In this document: positions 9,341 through 18,260 of the stretch, one piece after another
Layout of the letters: every line of letters begins with the position of its first letter
Numbering within the stretch: the stretch's first letter is position 1
Assembly (NCBI GenBank): GCA_045597865.1
Contig: JAZLKX010000052.1
Span: forward strand, 43,017 to 107,016
DNA from: Bacilli bacterium
GTDB taxonomy: Bacteria > Bacillota_I > Bacilli_A > RFN20 > CAG-826
Direction: 5' to 3'
Length of the DNA: 64,000 nt
The notes under the pieces: generated by a model
Seen by the model: only the letters and a program-made list of their open reading frames with translations
Told to the model about the DNA's origin: nothing
Database searches by the model: none
Program-made: the position numbers and the translations under genes

Positions 9341-10266
9341 TGTATTGGTCAGCTGAAAATCCTAAATACGTGTTTCCTGCATATAAGTATGCTTTAGGAA
9401 CAAACGAAATTACAGGGTATAATGAAAATAACATTGCCTTGTCTTTCGTTACACAAGATGTAACTGCAATAACAAATAAAAACTTCTGGACACGTGACTG
9501 TGCATCGCCGTTCCTTCGTTATTCAGCGTTTTGGTTTGTGCCGGATAATGCAATTCAGTTCGCTGACACTTATTTGACAAATGTTACGACAGGATCGGTA
9601 AATAAAGACACTGATACATCATCAACTTATTCATATCAGTACATGACAAATACCGAACCTGAATACTATCTTTTTACGAAGGGTCTTAAAGGTCGTGAAA
9701 GATACATTTCAGCATGTCAGCTGATTAAAGATTTGGACTATGATGTAAATGCGTTTAACGAAGTTGTTTATGTAAAAGGTTCAAAAGGCATTAAAGGAAC
9801 TGTGCCTGGAAGAAAGGCTCAGTATTTGACTCGTGAATACAACTTGTCAGGCATTTATAGCCAGGATCTTTATCGTGAGCTAAACATACCGGAAGACAAT
9901 ATCATTGAAGACTTGGTATTTTATCGTCCAGCAGAATCACTTGAATTTCAGGATCGTGATGATTTGGTTGAAAAACGACTTAAAGACTATGTAAAGATAA
10001 ATAAGATCGTCGCCACAAAAGGAAGCAAAGGCTTCAAAGGCATTAAAGCTAAGAAAGGTATTGTGAACCCAAATAATAATGTTTATTATTCTGGACGAAT
10101 ACTGGAATATGGTGCTCGCGGTTTTATTCTTTCATACACTGATGATAATCATGTTGGCGGCGGAATGATTCCTATGACTTACTATGAATTTCCTAACCCG
10201 ATTTACTCAAACATGGATTACATCAAGATTAACTGGAACACAAACGGTTTCATTGAGGTGAAGTAA
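9340..10266 (+). CDS. Hypothetical structural protein (308 aa)
   Basis: ATG overlaps the upstream stop (TAATG). Duplicated Lys-rich motif KGSKGIKG / KGSKGFKG. The 308-aa plus 258-aa pair has the sizes and order I recall for T4 neck proteins gp13/gp14, but homology is not verifiable by eye. Confidence 0.55.
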   Translation: MYWSAENPKYVFPAYKYALGTNEITGYNENNIALSFVTQDVTAITNKNFWTRDCASPFLRYSAFWFVPDNAIQFADTYLTNVTTGSVNKDTDTSSTYSYQYMTNTEPEYYLFTKGLKGRERYISACQLIKDLDYDVNAFNEVVYVKGSKGIKGTVPGRKAQYLTREYNLSGIYSQDLYRELNIPEDNIIEDLVFYRPAESLEFQDRDDLVEKRLKDYVKINKIVATKGSKGFKGIKAKKGIVNPNNNVYYSGRILEYGARGFILSYTDDNHVGGGMIPMTYYEFPNPIYSNMDYIKINWNTNGFIEVK

Positions 10267-11042
10267 TGGCGATAGACTATAAAAAGTTTCCGTGGCTTTG
10301 CCCGACAACAGGTTATGACTTTAATCAAGGTGAAGAAAGTTCAATAGCCGGAAATATCGTTAAGGATTCTGAATCTGTTACATCGGAAGAAACAACAACT
10401 GATGCGTACGGCAAGTTTGGTTTAAAGCTGCTTTACTATAAAGTATCATTGGACACTCAAAAGGATGAGATTTACGGCGAAGATACTTTGCATATGATTG
10501 AGCGTTCATTTTACTTTAACGGCTATGTTGAACAAATCCCACCTAATGTAAGAACTTATCAACTTGAAGGTATATGGGGTGAAGATGTTATCACAATGTA
10601 TGTTGGAAAGACTGCATTTAAGTATTGGTCAACATACGGCGGCGAAGACAGGAACACGCCGGAAGTATTTGATGACATTGAGCCAAGGATCGGTGATGTA
10701 ATCTATTTTGAAGTCAATGATACCTTTTATGAAATCCGCGATGTAAAGAATTGGTCAGACGCATTTGGTCTTGCACAACACACTTACACAATTACTCTTA
10801 AGGTGTATAAAGATACAAAGATGACCATTGATACTGATAATGAAACTTTGAAAGATATCAATGACCCAATTTATAAAGTCGCTTCAAGCAAGCTTAGGGA
10901 AGCAGAACCTATGCATGACGACTTGTCAATAAATAGGTATCTTGAGGAAATTACAAAAGAAGGCGGCACGGAAGCAATGAACCCGCTTTGGGAAGACAGA
11001 AGTCAAGGCGAAACACGAATTGACCCATTTGACGGCTGGTAA
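10266..11042 (+). CDS. Hypothetical structural protein (258 aa)
   Basis: ATG overlaps the upstream stop. It is the last gene of the structural-looking block and is followed by a 250-nt regulatory gap. Confidence 0.55.
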   Translation: MAIDYKKFPWLCPTTGYDFNQGEESSIAGNIVKDSESVTSEETTTDAYGKFGLKLLYYKVSLDTQKDEIYGEDTLHMIERSFYFNGYVEQIPPNVRTYQLEGIWGEDVITMYVGKTAFKYWSTYGGEDRNTPEVFDDIEPRIGDVIYFEVNDTFYEIRDVKNWSDAFGLAQHTYTITLKVYKDTKMTIDTDNETLKDINDPIYKVASSKLREAEPMHDDLSINRYLEEITKEGGTEAMNPLWEDRSQGETRIDPFDGW

Positions 11043-11055
11043 GAAAAAATTGGCG

Positions 11056-11181
11056 CTTAAATTTCATTAAATCCCCAGACTTTATTACAGTTTTTTCTCT
11101 TATTCTTCTGTGGTTGTGTTGTATAATATAAGCACGGATAATTATTCAAATACCGCGGCAAAACCGCGGTATTACAGTTTT
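11056..11181 (+). repeat. Non-coding module, copy A (boxes CTTAAATTTCATTAAA, TTTATTACAGTTTTTT, CTGTGGTTGTGTTGTA, ACGGATAA, ATTACAGTTTT)
   Basis: The same boxes in the same order recur at 58326-58510. The first three boxes have identical spacing (25 and 27 nt). An 8-bp hairpin lies at 11151-11171. Confidence 0.7.
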
Positions 11182-11225
11182 TTCAAAAAAATTCAGTTTT
11201 TTTCATATTTTTTCCTTCGCTACCA

Positions 11226-11285
11226 TTTACAAGCCGGGAAATAGTTGTTATATTTTACTCGTAAAACAAAACAAACAACAACTGA
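11226..11285 (+). promoter_or_regulatory. Class-I promoter P1 plus conserved leader
   Basis: TTTACAA-N16-TATATTTTACTCGTAAAACAAAACAAACAACAAC. Confidence 0.6.
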
Positions 11286-11296
11286 GGAATTTGTCA

Positions 11297-11506
11297 ATGT
11301 GCCAGGTTTGTGAAATGAGAGGTGACGGCAAGCGTCACATGGAGCTTAAGGTTCAATGGACCCCTCAAAATTCAAATTCCGTTCAGGTCAAGCAACTGCA
11401 AGATATTACTGTTTCAGTTGTTGACTGGACAAAAAGCGAAAACGAATGTACACAAATCGGCAAGATGAAGTATTGCTGGAATTGCGGCAGGAAATTGGAG
11501 GAATAA
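11297..11506 (+). CDS. Small zinc-ribbon protein
   Basis: MCQVC...CWNCG gives two CxxC pairs. First gene after P1. Confidence 0.55.
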   Translation: MCQVCEMRGDGKRHMELKVQWTPQNSNSVQVKQLQDITVSVVDWTKSENECTQIGKMKYCWNCGRKLEE

Positions 11507-11509
11507 GAT

Positions 11510-12067
11510 ATGACTGAAAAGCAGCAGCTTCTCGTTGAAACTGGCCTCGCTGTTATTAGCGATTTTGCTAAGGTGAACAAGATCAAGATGCCTTAGATTG
11601 ACATCATTGATAAGCCAAAGCGTGCCAATTATTGCGGAATGTATCACTGCAATAAGAAGAGCATTGATGTGCTCGTAAAGCGTTGTGCAAATCTTGCAAA
11701 AGTTCCCGGCTTCTCCTGGAGCCACCCGGGCTACTTTGTTGATAGGACACCTTTCGGCGTCATCTGCCATGAATTTGGTCATCATGTTGATAACATGCTT
11801 AATCGTATGAAAGGCATGCCCAAGTACAAAGGCGAAAAGGTTTCAGGTTATGAACCCAATGCGTGTGAACGCTTTGCGGAAAGCATGAAACTCTTCTTGT
11901 CAAACCCTGACTTGCTTAAACAAACTTGCCCTAAGCGATATGAATTCTTGACGAAGAAACTTGGCCTTATTCCTTGCATTGAAGGAACTTGGAGAGAGGT
12001 CTTTGAGAAGAATTGCATGCATGATAAGTATTATGCTGCTGCTGAAAAGCGCATCAAGGAAAGATAA
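11510..12067 (+). CDS. HExxH metallopeptidase-like protein (SprT-like layout) interrupted by an in-frame TAG at 11594-11596
   Basis: ATG 11510 is in frame with ORF 11639-12067, and a single TAG sits between them. HEFGHH zinc motif. The next in-frame ATG (11639) has no convincing RBS. Confidence 0.5.
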
Positions 12068-12130
12068 TCAATTTTGCCTATTGCCAATTTCTGAAAATTA
12101 AATTATATTTGTTTCAAAAGGAAATTTAAT

Positions 12131-13444
12131 ATGAAGACATCTGAACTTTTTGACAAAATCCGTACTACTGCTGGCGCTTCTGCAAAAGCCGCACTGATGC
12201 AGGCAAATATGACGCCTGTTATCACTGAAATCTTCAATGACTGTTATGACAATTCTCATAAGTATTACGTGAAGAAGTTTAACATGCCTACTTCCGCCGG
12301 CAACTTGACTATTGAAAGCAATTATGATGCTTTCCATAACATGCTCAAATTGCTTGCTGACCGCCTGGCAACCGGTAATGACGCAGTTGTTATGGTTGAA
12401 AGCGTTATCGGAAGTTATGTTGCTGAAGATCAGCCGATCCTTGCCGCTATCATGGACCGTAATCTTAAGATCGGTTTGTCAAAGGAAACATTTGGAAAGC
12501 TCGCTGGTGCTTCTATGCCTGCTAAGTTTGAAGTTACCCTTGCAGTCAATCTTGACAATGCAAAGGGAGTTAACCCGATTGATGGAACTTTCTATGCCTC
12601 TCGTAAATGTGATGGGACGAGATGTATTGGCATGTGCCATAAGGAAAATGGCGAAGTGACCATCAAGTTTCTTTCCCGTGGCAACAAGGAATTCACAACA
12701 CTTGATAATGTTAAGCCAGCTTTGACTTGGTATCTTCGTGATCTTCCTGACGGTGATTATGTAACTGACGGTGAACTCTGTAAGGTTGATGAAAACGGAG
12801 ACGAAGACTTCCAGGCTATTATGAAGGAAATTAAGCGAAAGGATTACACTATTGCCGATCCTTGCTATCAGATGTTTGACTTCTGCACTCTTGCTGAATT
12901 TGAAGGCAGGGCAACTTCTGAAAACTTTACCAGCCGTTATGCAGCAATGCAGAACATGATGAAGGGCAACAAGTTCAAGGAAATCAAGTTGCTTAAACAG
13001 GAACTTATCAAATCTCAAGAAGACTTTGACCGTTGGTCCAAGTATGTTGAAGACGGCAACTGGGAAGGCTTCATGCTTCGTAAGGACATCCCGTTTGAAA
13101 CGGGTCGCTCCAAGAATCTCTTGAAGGTAAAGAAGTTTGATGATACCGAGCTTGTTGTTAAACGAGTTGAAGTTGCAGAAATGACAACAGCTGAACCTGG
13201 GAAAGGCAATGTAACTTACACCGGCATCAAGGCTCTTATTGTTGAATATAAGGGTAATGATGTTCATGTGGGTTCCGGCTTGACAAAGGAACAGCGCATT
13301 GCTTGGTACGCAGATCCTAAGAAGATCATCGGAAAGACAATTTGTGTGAAGTACTTTGAGGAAAGCCGCAGCCAAAACGGAACTTATTCCTTGCGCTTCC
13401 CTATCCTCAAGTACGTTTATGAAAACGGCCGCGGAGATCTTTAA
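12131..13444 (+). CDS. ATP-dependent DNA ligase
   Basis: Motif I KCDGTR, motif III DGELC, motif IV EGFMLRK, motif V LLKVKKF. Confidence 0.9.
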   Translation: MKTSELFDKIRTTAGASAKAALMQANMTPVITEIFNDCYDNSHKYYVKKFNMPTSAGNLTIESNYDAFHNMLKLLADRLATGNDAVVMVESVIGSYVAEDQPILAAIMDRNLKIGLSKETFGKLAGASMPAKFEVTLAVNLDNAKGVNPIDGTFYASRKCDGTRCIGMCHKENGEVTIKFLSRGNKEFTTLDNVKPALTWYLRDLPDGDYVTDGELCKVDENGDEDFQAIMKEIKRKDYTIADPCYQMFDFCTLAEFEGRATSENFTSRYAAMQNMMKGNKFKEIKLLKQELIKSQEDFDRWSKYVEDGNWEGFMLRKDIPFETGRSKNLLKVKKFDDTELVVKRVEVAEMTTAEPGKGNVTYTGIKALIVEYKGNDVHVGSGLTKEQRIAWYADPKKIIGKTICVKYFEESRSQNGTYSLRFPILKYVYENGRGDL

Positions 13445-13602
13445 TGAAAGTAAAAAGTAAAGCGTTAAAAGAAGAACGCCTTTTTAACCTCCTTAACGGA
13501 AAACAAATTGGCGAACTTGCTGAAGCATGTCGTAAAAGCAAGACCTTCATAAAGAAGCGTTCATATAAGTGTGTACTTTCCTATATTGATGAATGCTTTT
13601 AA
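13444..13602 (+). CDS. Small hypothetical protein (52 aa)
   Basis: ATG overlaps the ligase stop (TAATG). Below the ORF-track size cutoff. Confidence 0.35.
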   Translation: MKVKSKALKEERLFNLLNGKQIGELAEACRKSKTFIKKRSYKCVLSYIDECF

Positions 13603-13843
13603 CTATGTGGATGTGGGATATTGCGGTTGGACGGTATTCAGATACTGAAGGTGAAAAAATGATAAGGGTCTTGCAAAAGTATAAGCAGATGATAAACATC
13701 TATTTTACGGAGTAAAGATGAAACCTGAAACAAGACGCATGCTTAATGAATGAGGAATAATTTCTTCATATCAGTTTTTATCTCAAAATGTTGTTATATT
13801 TGACTAATAAATAAAACCAACAATATATTGAGAGGTGACTAAT

Positions 13844-14134
13844 ATGTCTGAATACGATTCCGCAAATTTTGATGCTATGAATTCTTCTGAGCTTATCGCT
13901 CACGGTATCCGTAAGATCAAGACCCGAGTAATTGAACGCTTTGAAAAAGCACAGAAGCGTCCTAATCCGCATAAGCTTCCATCTGACAAGCAGATGAAGG
14001 CAGCAAAGGATGTTGCTGAACTTGATGAGCTTTATAAGCAGGTTGTTGCTTATTGGCAGGAAGAAGCTTTTAAGATGGGTTATACCCAGGCTCTCTCCGA
14101 AGTCAATAGCGATATTAAGAAGGCCGGCATTTAA
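13844..14134 (+). CDS. Hypothetical protein
   Basis: ATG lies after gagagg and is preceded by the class-II motif TTATATTTGACTAATAAA. Confidence 0.6.
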   Translation: MSEYDSANFDAMNSSELIAHGIRKIKTRVIERFEKAQKRPNPHKLPSDKQMKAAKDVAELDELYKQVVAYWQEEAFKMGYTQALSEVNSDIKKAGI

Positions 14135-14173
14135 CACAATCTACAAAGATTAAGCAAATTTGCTGTAATAAAT

Positions 14174-14207
14174 CCACCCATTTTAATGAAATTTGGGTGG
14201 TATTTTT
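14174..14207 (+). terminator. Rho-independent terminator
   Basis: ccaccca / tgggtgg 7-bp stem followed by tattttt. Confidence 0.5.
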
Positions 14208-14225
14208 AACTTAAAAGGAAGAAGT

Positions 14226-14447
14226 ATGCGAGATCCTGCTCGTTTGTTACCGCTTTATTCATATCTGGCGAAGATTCACGAAGAACATTTCCCGGATCTT
14301 CGCATTGGACAGTTCCTCAAGAATGTTTCTGAATGGTATGGTGCAGACGTCTTCTATATAGAAGACGACAGACTTTATGAACTCATCCCTCGGTATCTAA
14401 AGTCACTTGAGTTGCATGAAAAGTTTGCACAAGGCGCACGGAAATAA
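14226..14447 (+). CDS. Hypothetical protein (73 aa)
   Basis: ATG 14226 lies after aaggaag, in frame with track ORF 14193. Confidence 0.55.
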   Translation: MRDPARLLPLYSYLAKIHEEHFPDLRIGQFLKNVSEWYGADVFYIEDDRLYELIPRYLKSLELHEKFAQGARK

Positions 14448-14472
14448 AAACATTCATTTTCAAAATTGACTA

Positions 14473-14520
14473 TTTACAGGACGGGTAAATGTTTTTAAAT
14501 TTTACTCGTAAACAAAAATA
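14473..14520 (+). promoter_or_regulatory. Class-I promoter P2 plus leader
   Basis: TTTACAG-N16-TAAATTTTACTCGTAAACAAAAATAA. Confidence 0.65.
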
Positions 14521-14532
14521 AAGGAAACAACT

Positions 14533-15783
14533 ATGGAAATTCTCACAAAAGAGTTCACCGAACATTATCCGCAGATTATCACCCATCGTACTGACACTGA
14601 CTTCTATAAGTACACGATGCAGTATGTGATTTGGCGTATGTGTCCGTCTATCAAGTCGCACTGGAAGTTCAAGGTTCGCTCTGCTCATGCAAAGACTGCA
14701 TGGCTTACTGATGAAATCAATTATCAGCTTGACCGTGTAGCTGAACTGATGCACACCCAGGAAGAACTTGACTTCCTCGGCAACATTCCGTGGTTCACTC
14801 CTGAATTTATTGAACATCTTGAAGATCACCGCCTCAAGCGTAAGTATATCCGCTGCTGGGCGGATCTTGAAAAGGATGAAGTTTGTATTGAAGCAGAAGG
14901 TCCGGAATTGAATGTTCAGTGGTGGGAAATCTATGTTCTTGAAATCGTTCAGGAACTTTGGATGAGCAAGGCACCTCGTGATTATGACTGGGCCGATAAG
15001 GAACTGACGAAGACCATTGAAACTTACAATGCTCTTTATGAAAAGAAGCCTTTCACCCTTGCAGATTTTGGCTGCCGTCGCCGTGACTCTAAGAATTGGC
15101 AAGCACATGTGATTGAACGCTTGATGCGTGAATGCAAGGCTTTCGTTGGAACCTCCAATGTTTACTTCGCAATGAAGTACGGTATCAAGCCGATTGGTAC
15201 TTATGCACATCAGATGGAAGCTCTTACCCAGGGACTTGATGACGTGCCTTTGGCAAAGTCTCAGGAAACTGTTTGGGAATGGTGGACAAAGGTCTATCGC
15301 GGAAACTTGGGTATTGCTTTGTCTGACAACTTTGGCTTCAAGGCATTCCTCCGCAACTTTGACCTTTACTACAAGAAGTTGTTTGACGGTTGCCGTCACG
15401 ACTCTGGTAACCCGTTCACTTGGGGCGACATGCTTATTGACGCCTATAAGGCAGATAAGATTGACCCGCTGACAAAGACAGGTGTCTGGTCCGACGGCCT
15501 TGACCGTAATGATGTGGTTAAGATTGTTGACTACTTCTATGGCCGCATTAAGGTTTCCATTGGCCAGGGCGGCTACTTGATGTCCAGAACTATTCCGCCT
15601 ACTTACGAAGTTCAGCCGCTTAAGATGGTTATGAAGGTGATTGAAGTAAACGGTAAGCCGGTTGTCAAGCTTTCCGATGAACCGGGCAAGACGATGTGCG
15701 AAGATCAGTCCTTCGTTGATTACGCAAAGAAGGTCTATAAGTATGAACCGTTGACCGTAGAACACTACGACCACGAGATTTAA
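14533..15783 (+). CDS. pncB: Nicotinate phosphoribosyltransferase
   Basis: Collinear with E. coli PncB as I recall it: TDFYKYTM, ADFGCRRR, VGTSN, GTYAHQ, GIALSD, RHDSGNP, KLSDEPGKT. Confidence 0.9.
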   Translation: MEILTKEFTEHYPQIITHRTDTDFYKYTMQYVIWRMCPSIKSHWKFKVRSAHAKTAWLTDEINYQLDRVAELMHTQEELDFLGNIPWFTPEFIEHLEDHRLKRKYIRCWADLEKDEVCIEAEGPELNVQWWEIYVLEIVQELWMSKAPRDYDWADKELTKTIETYNALYEKKPFTLADFGCRRRDSKNWQAHVIERLMRECKAFVGTSNVYFAMKYGIKPIGTYAHQMEALTQGLDDVPLAKSQETVWEWWTKVYRGNLGIALSDNFGFKAFLRNFDLYYKKLFDGCRHDSGNPFTWGDMLIDAYKADKIDPLTKTGVWSDGLDRNDVVKIVDYFYGRIKVSIGQGGYLMSRTIPPTYEVQPLKMVMKVIEVNGKPVVKLSDEPGKTMCEDQSFVDYAKKVYKYEPLTVEHYDHEI

Positions 15784-15795
15784 ACTGGAGTCTCT

Positions 15796-16014
15796 ATGAA
15801 ACATTTGAAAGTATTGTGCCTATACTTCTTCATCTGTGCTTTAAATGCAGCGATGAGCGTAGCAACGGTGCCAGCATGGGCAATGCTAATTTTATCAGCG
15901 TTGTTCTACTGTACTATATGGGATCTATGCTCATATATGTTTACTGGCACTATGTGTTGGTATGATTTTGTGAAACAGATTGTCAAAAAGTTAAAACCCA
16001 AGGAGAAACCATGA
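15796..16014 (+). CDS. Small membrane protein
   Basis: Two hydrophobic helices, Cys-rich. Confidence 0.5.
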   Translation: MKHLKVLCLYFFICALNAAMSVATVPAWAMLILSALFYCTIWDLCSYMFTGTMCWYDFVKQIVKKLKPKEKP

Positions 16015-16132
16015 TTGACGAAAACCTTCATCCTAGCTATGCTTTAAAGCGACGGATTAAAGAACATACTGACAAGGATTTGGTTGACTTCTAATCAGTG
16101 GATTAAATCATTTTAAATTTGGGTGGGCACTA

Positions 16133-16190
16133 TTTACAGCCTACCCATTCTTTTTTATATTTTACTCGTAATCAAAAACAATAACTAAAA
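16133..16190 (+). promoter_or_regulatory. Class-I promoter P3 plus leader
   Basis: TTTACAG-N16-TATATTTTACTCGTAATCAAAAACAATAAC. The -35 element sits in the loop of hairpin gggtggg/cctaccc. Confidence 0.7.
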
Positions 16191-16202
16191 GGAAACTTAA
16201 AT

Positions 16203-17435
16203 ATGTACGGTAAACCACTTGCTTATGTTGTTAAGATTGACGAAGTGACCCCTATCGCAGGCGCTGACCGCATTGAACTTGCGAAGGTTATGGACTATAC
16301 AGTCGTTGTTAAGAAGGGAGAATTTCAGCCCGGCGACCGTGCTATGTATGTGGAAGTTGACTCTTTGCTTCCTGATGGATTTACGCCTGAACAGAAGGTT
16401 ACCTATGACGCTATCGTGGACGGCTCTTACTTCAAGGGTGCTCAGGTAAGCGTTGAAGAAGCAGATGAAGCTATGAAGAAGCTTCAGTCCGAGTCCAAGT
16501 ATCCTTACTTTGAGTTCCTTCGTCCGAAGAAATTCAAGATTAAATCAATGAAGCTCGGTAAGTTCGGCGTCATTTCTCAAGGCATTCTGTTTGATCTTAA
16601 GCTGCTTGGCGAACCGACTGATTTGAAGGTTGGAACTGATTTGACGCTTAAGTACAATGTGACTGAAATCGTTCTTGATGAAGAAGAAGCTGGTCTCAAT
16701 GCAGTTGTTGATACATCAAAGGACGGCTGGTTCACAAAGAAACTGATGCGTTATGCTTGGTTCCGTGACTGGCGTAAGCAGCGCGGAACTTACAATAAGT
16801 GGCTTGCTGAATGGCCTTCAAAATCTGACGAAGAAAACGTTCAGAAGATTTTCACTAAGATGAAGGCTAAGTACGGCGATAAAGAATGGGTTGCTACTGA
16901 AAAGCTTGAAGGCCAGAACATCACCATTTACTCTTACGAAACCCGCGGTTTCTTTGGTAAGAAGAAAAAGATCGGCGTATGTTCAAGAACCCGTAGCCTG
17001 TCTCCTGTAGACAACTCTGGTAAGTCTTTCTGGGGTACTGTCAAGCGTATGCACCTTGATGAAAAGATCAAGGCTATCCCAGGTGAATGGTTCTGCCGTG
17101 GTGAACATGTCGGTCCTGGCATTCAGAAAAACATCTACAAGCTTGCTCGTACGGAAGTTTACTTCTTTGACTTCTACCGCAAGGTTGATGGAAAGTTTGT
17201 TAAGTTGAACTTTGAAGAATCAGTACAGTTTGCGAAAACTTATGATCTTCCGTTTGTTCCAGTGCTTGATGAACATTATAAATTACCAGAGACTGCTCAG
17301 GAAATGCTTGCTCAGTCTGATAAAAACACTGTGTTTGGCAATGACTTGAAACACAAACGTGAAGGATTTGTTCTTCGCCTTAAAGATGACTACACCGTTT
17401 CCTTCAAGGTAAAAAATCCGTTCTACACAATTTAA
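16203..17435 (+). CDS. RNA ligase, Rnl5-like (N-terminal OB-like domain plus nucleotidyltransferase domain)
   Basis: The N-terminus VVKIDEVTPIAGADRIELAKVMDYTVVVKKGEFQPGD matches the DraRnl/NgrRnl-type module as I recall it. Motif I is EKLEGQN. Confidence 0.7.
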   Translation: MYGKPLAYVVKIDEVTPIAGADRIELAKVMDYTVVVKKGEFQPGDRAMYVEVDSLLPDGFTPEQKVTYDAIVDGSYFKGAQVSVEEADEAMKKLQSESKYPYFEFLRPKKFKIKSMKLGKFGVISQGILFDLKLLGEPTDLKVGTDLTLKYNVTEIVLDEEEAGLNAVVDTSKDGWFTKKLMRYAWFRDWRKQRGTYNKWLAEWPSKSDEENVQKIFTKMKAKYGDKEWVATEKLEGQNITIYSYETRGFFGKKKKIGVCSRTRSLSPVDNSGKSFWGTVKRMHLDEKIKAIPGEWFCRGEHVGPGIQKNIYKLARTEVYFFDFYRKVDGKFVKLNFEESVQFAKTYDLPFVPVLDEHYKLPETAQEMLAQSDKNTVFGNDLKHKREGFVLRLKDDYTVSFKVKNPFYTI

Positions 17436-17448
17436 GATACGGTAATGT

Positions 17449-17649
17449 ATGACTATTGCTAAAGCTGAAGAAGACTATATCAGGGGAATGATGTATGCAC
17501 GCGAACGGATGGTCCGTGAGTTGTTAGTACACTATGACAGTAATCTTTCACCACATCAGCGTGCAGTATTACGCGACTTTCTTGGTTTAGAAGAAAACAG
17601 TTCACAACAGCCGCGTCTTCCTGATAAAGACGCACCTAATTACATCTAA
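17449..17649 (+). CDS. Hypothetical protein
   Basis: ORF track; tightly packed; no motif recognised. Confidence 0.5.
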   Translation: MTIAKAEEDYIRGMMYARERMVRELLVHYDSNLSPHQRAVLRDFLGLEENSSQQPRLPDKDAPNYI

Positions 17650-17661
17650 GGAGAAACAAAT

Positions 17662-17901
17662 ATGCTTAAGAAGCTAATCCGCAACATGCTTGTGGCCAAA
17701 GCCGAAGTAGAATTTGTGAAAACCGTCATTGATGATGGTAACGAAAATGTTGAGCTAATCAATGAAGCAGACGAAGAATTTGATGCCATGACTGACATCG
17801 CTTATGCTTGGTTCATTGAAGAATTAAAGACCGCTGCCATTACTTTGGGCGTTGCTGTTGTCATCTGTGCAGTTATTGTGGGGGTTGCAGCATGTATATA
17901 A
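17662..17901 (+). CDS. Tail-anchored small membrane protein
   Basis: C-terminal TM segment AAITLGVAVVICAVIVGVAACI. Confidence 0.5.
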   Translation: MLKKLIRNMLVAKAEVEFVKTVIDDGNENVELINEADEEFDAMTDIAYAWFIEELKTAAITLGVAVVICAVIVGVAACI

Positions 17902-18260
17902 TTGAACGCCTAAAGCAAGATTATCCGCAGTTTAGAAAGGAACTTGAACAGTATGATCAGTACCTTTTGAGAACCCACGGCAAAGAGTATAATGCGCATC
18001 GCATCTTTGATGATCAGAAGGAAAACTTCAAATTCGTCCAAGCTGCCTATGATTCGTTAGCCAAGACCGGTAGTCACGGTAAAGAGTTCAATAAACAAAT
18101 GTCAATGTATGAACAAAGTTTGAATGATGACAAAGACTTTTTGGCATACTTCGTTCATCAGTTCTATGACATTGACGGAAGGAACATGACGGTTCCTGAG
18201 CTTAAAGAAATCATTCAGGAAAAGTTCAAGCAGATTGATAAACTTCGTGTTGGAGGCTAA
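17892..18260 (+). CDS. Hypothetical protein
   Basis: ORF track; 10-nt overlap with the upstream gene. Confidence 0.55.
   Translation: MYIIERLKQDYPQFRKELEQYDQYLLRTHGKEYNAHRIFDDQKENFKFVQAAYDSLAKTGSHGKEFNKQMSMYEQSLNDDKDFLAYFVHQFYDIDGRNMTVPELKEIIQEKFKQIDKLRVGG

Noticed and set aside
9760-10060. KGSKGIKG / KGSKGFKG considered as a collagen-like repeat.
   Set aside because: There are only two short copies about 80 residues apart and no extended G-X-Y periodicity.
9340-11042. Assignment of the 308-aa and 258-aa ORFs as T4 gp13/gp14 neck proteins.
   Set aside because: The assignment rests only on size and gene order matching my recollection of T4, and I could not confirm sequence motifs by eye. 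The idea is kept only as a low-confidence note in the feature evidence.
12479-13375. 298-aa minus-strand ORF, plus 115-aa and 64-aa ORFs, inside the DNA ligase gene.
   Set aside because: The ligase motifs I-V lie in the + frame, so these are shadow or alternate-frame ORFs.
13794-13812. Interpretation of TATATTTG boxes as Bacteroidetes-type TAnnTTTG -7 promoters, which would make the host a Bacteroidetes member.
   Set aside because: The dominant promoter class here is a canonical TTTACA-N17-TATATT sigma70 type, and most genes have strong GGAG-type Shine-Dalgarno sequences. Neither fits Bacteroidetes expression signals. The host phylum is left open.
14470-15804. 444-aa ORF on the minus strand covering the whole pncB gene.
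   Set aside because: The + strand frame is collinear with PncB over its full length. The antisense product is low-complexity, has no RBS and has no recognisable motif. It is a classic shadow ORF produced by codon bias.
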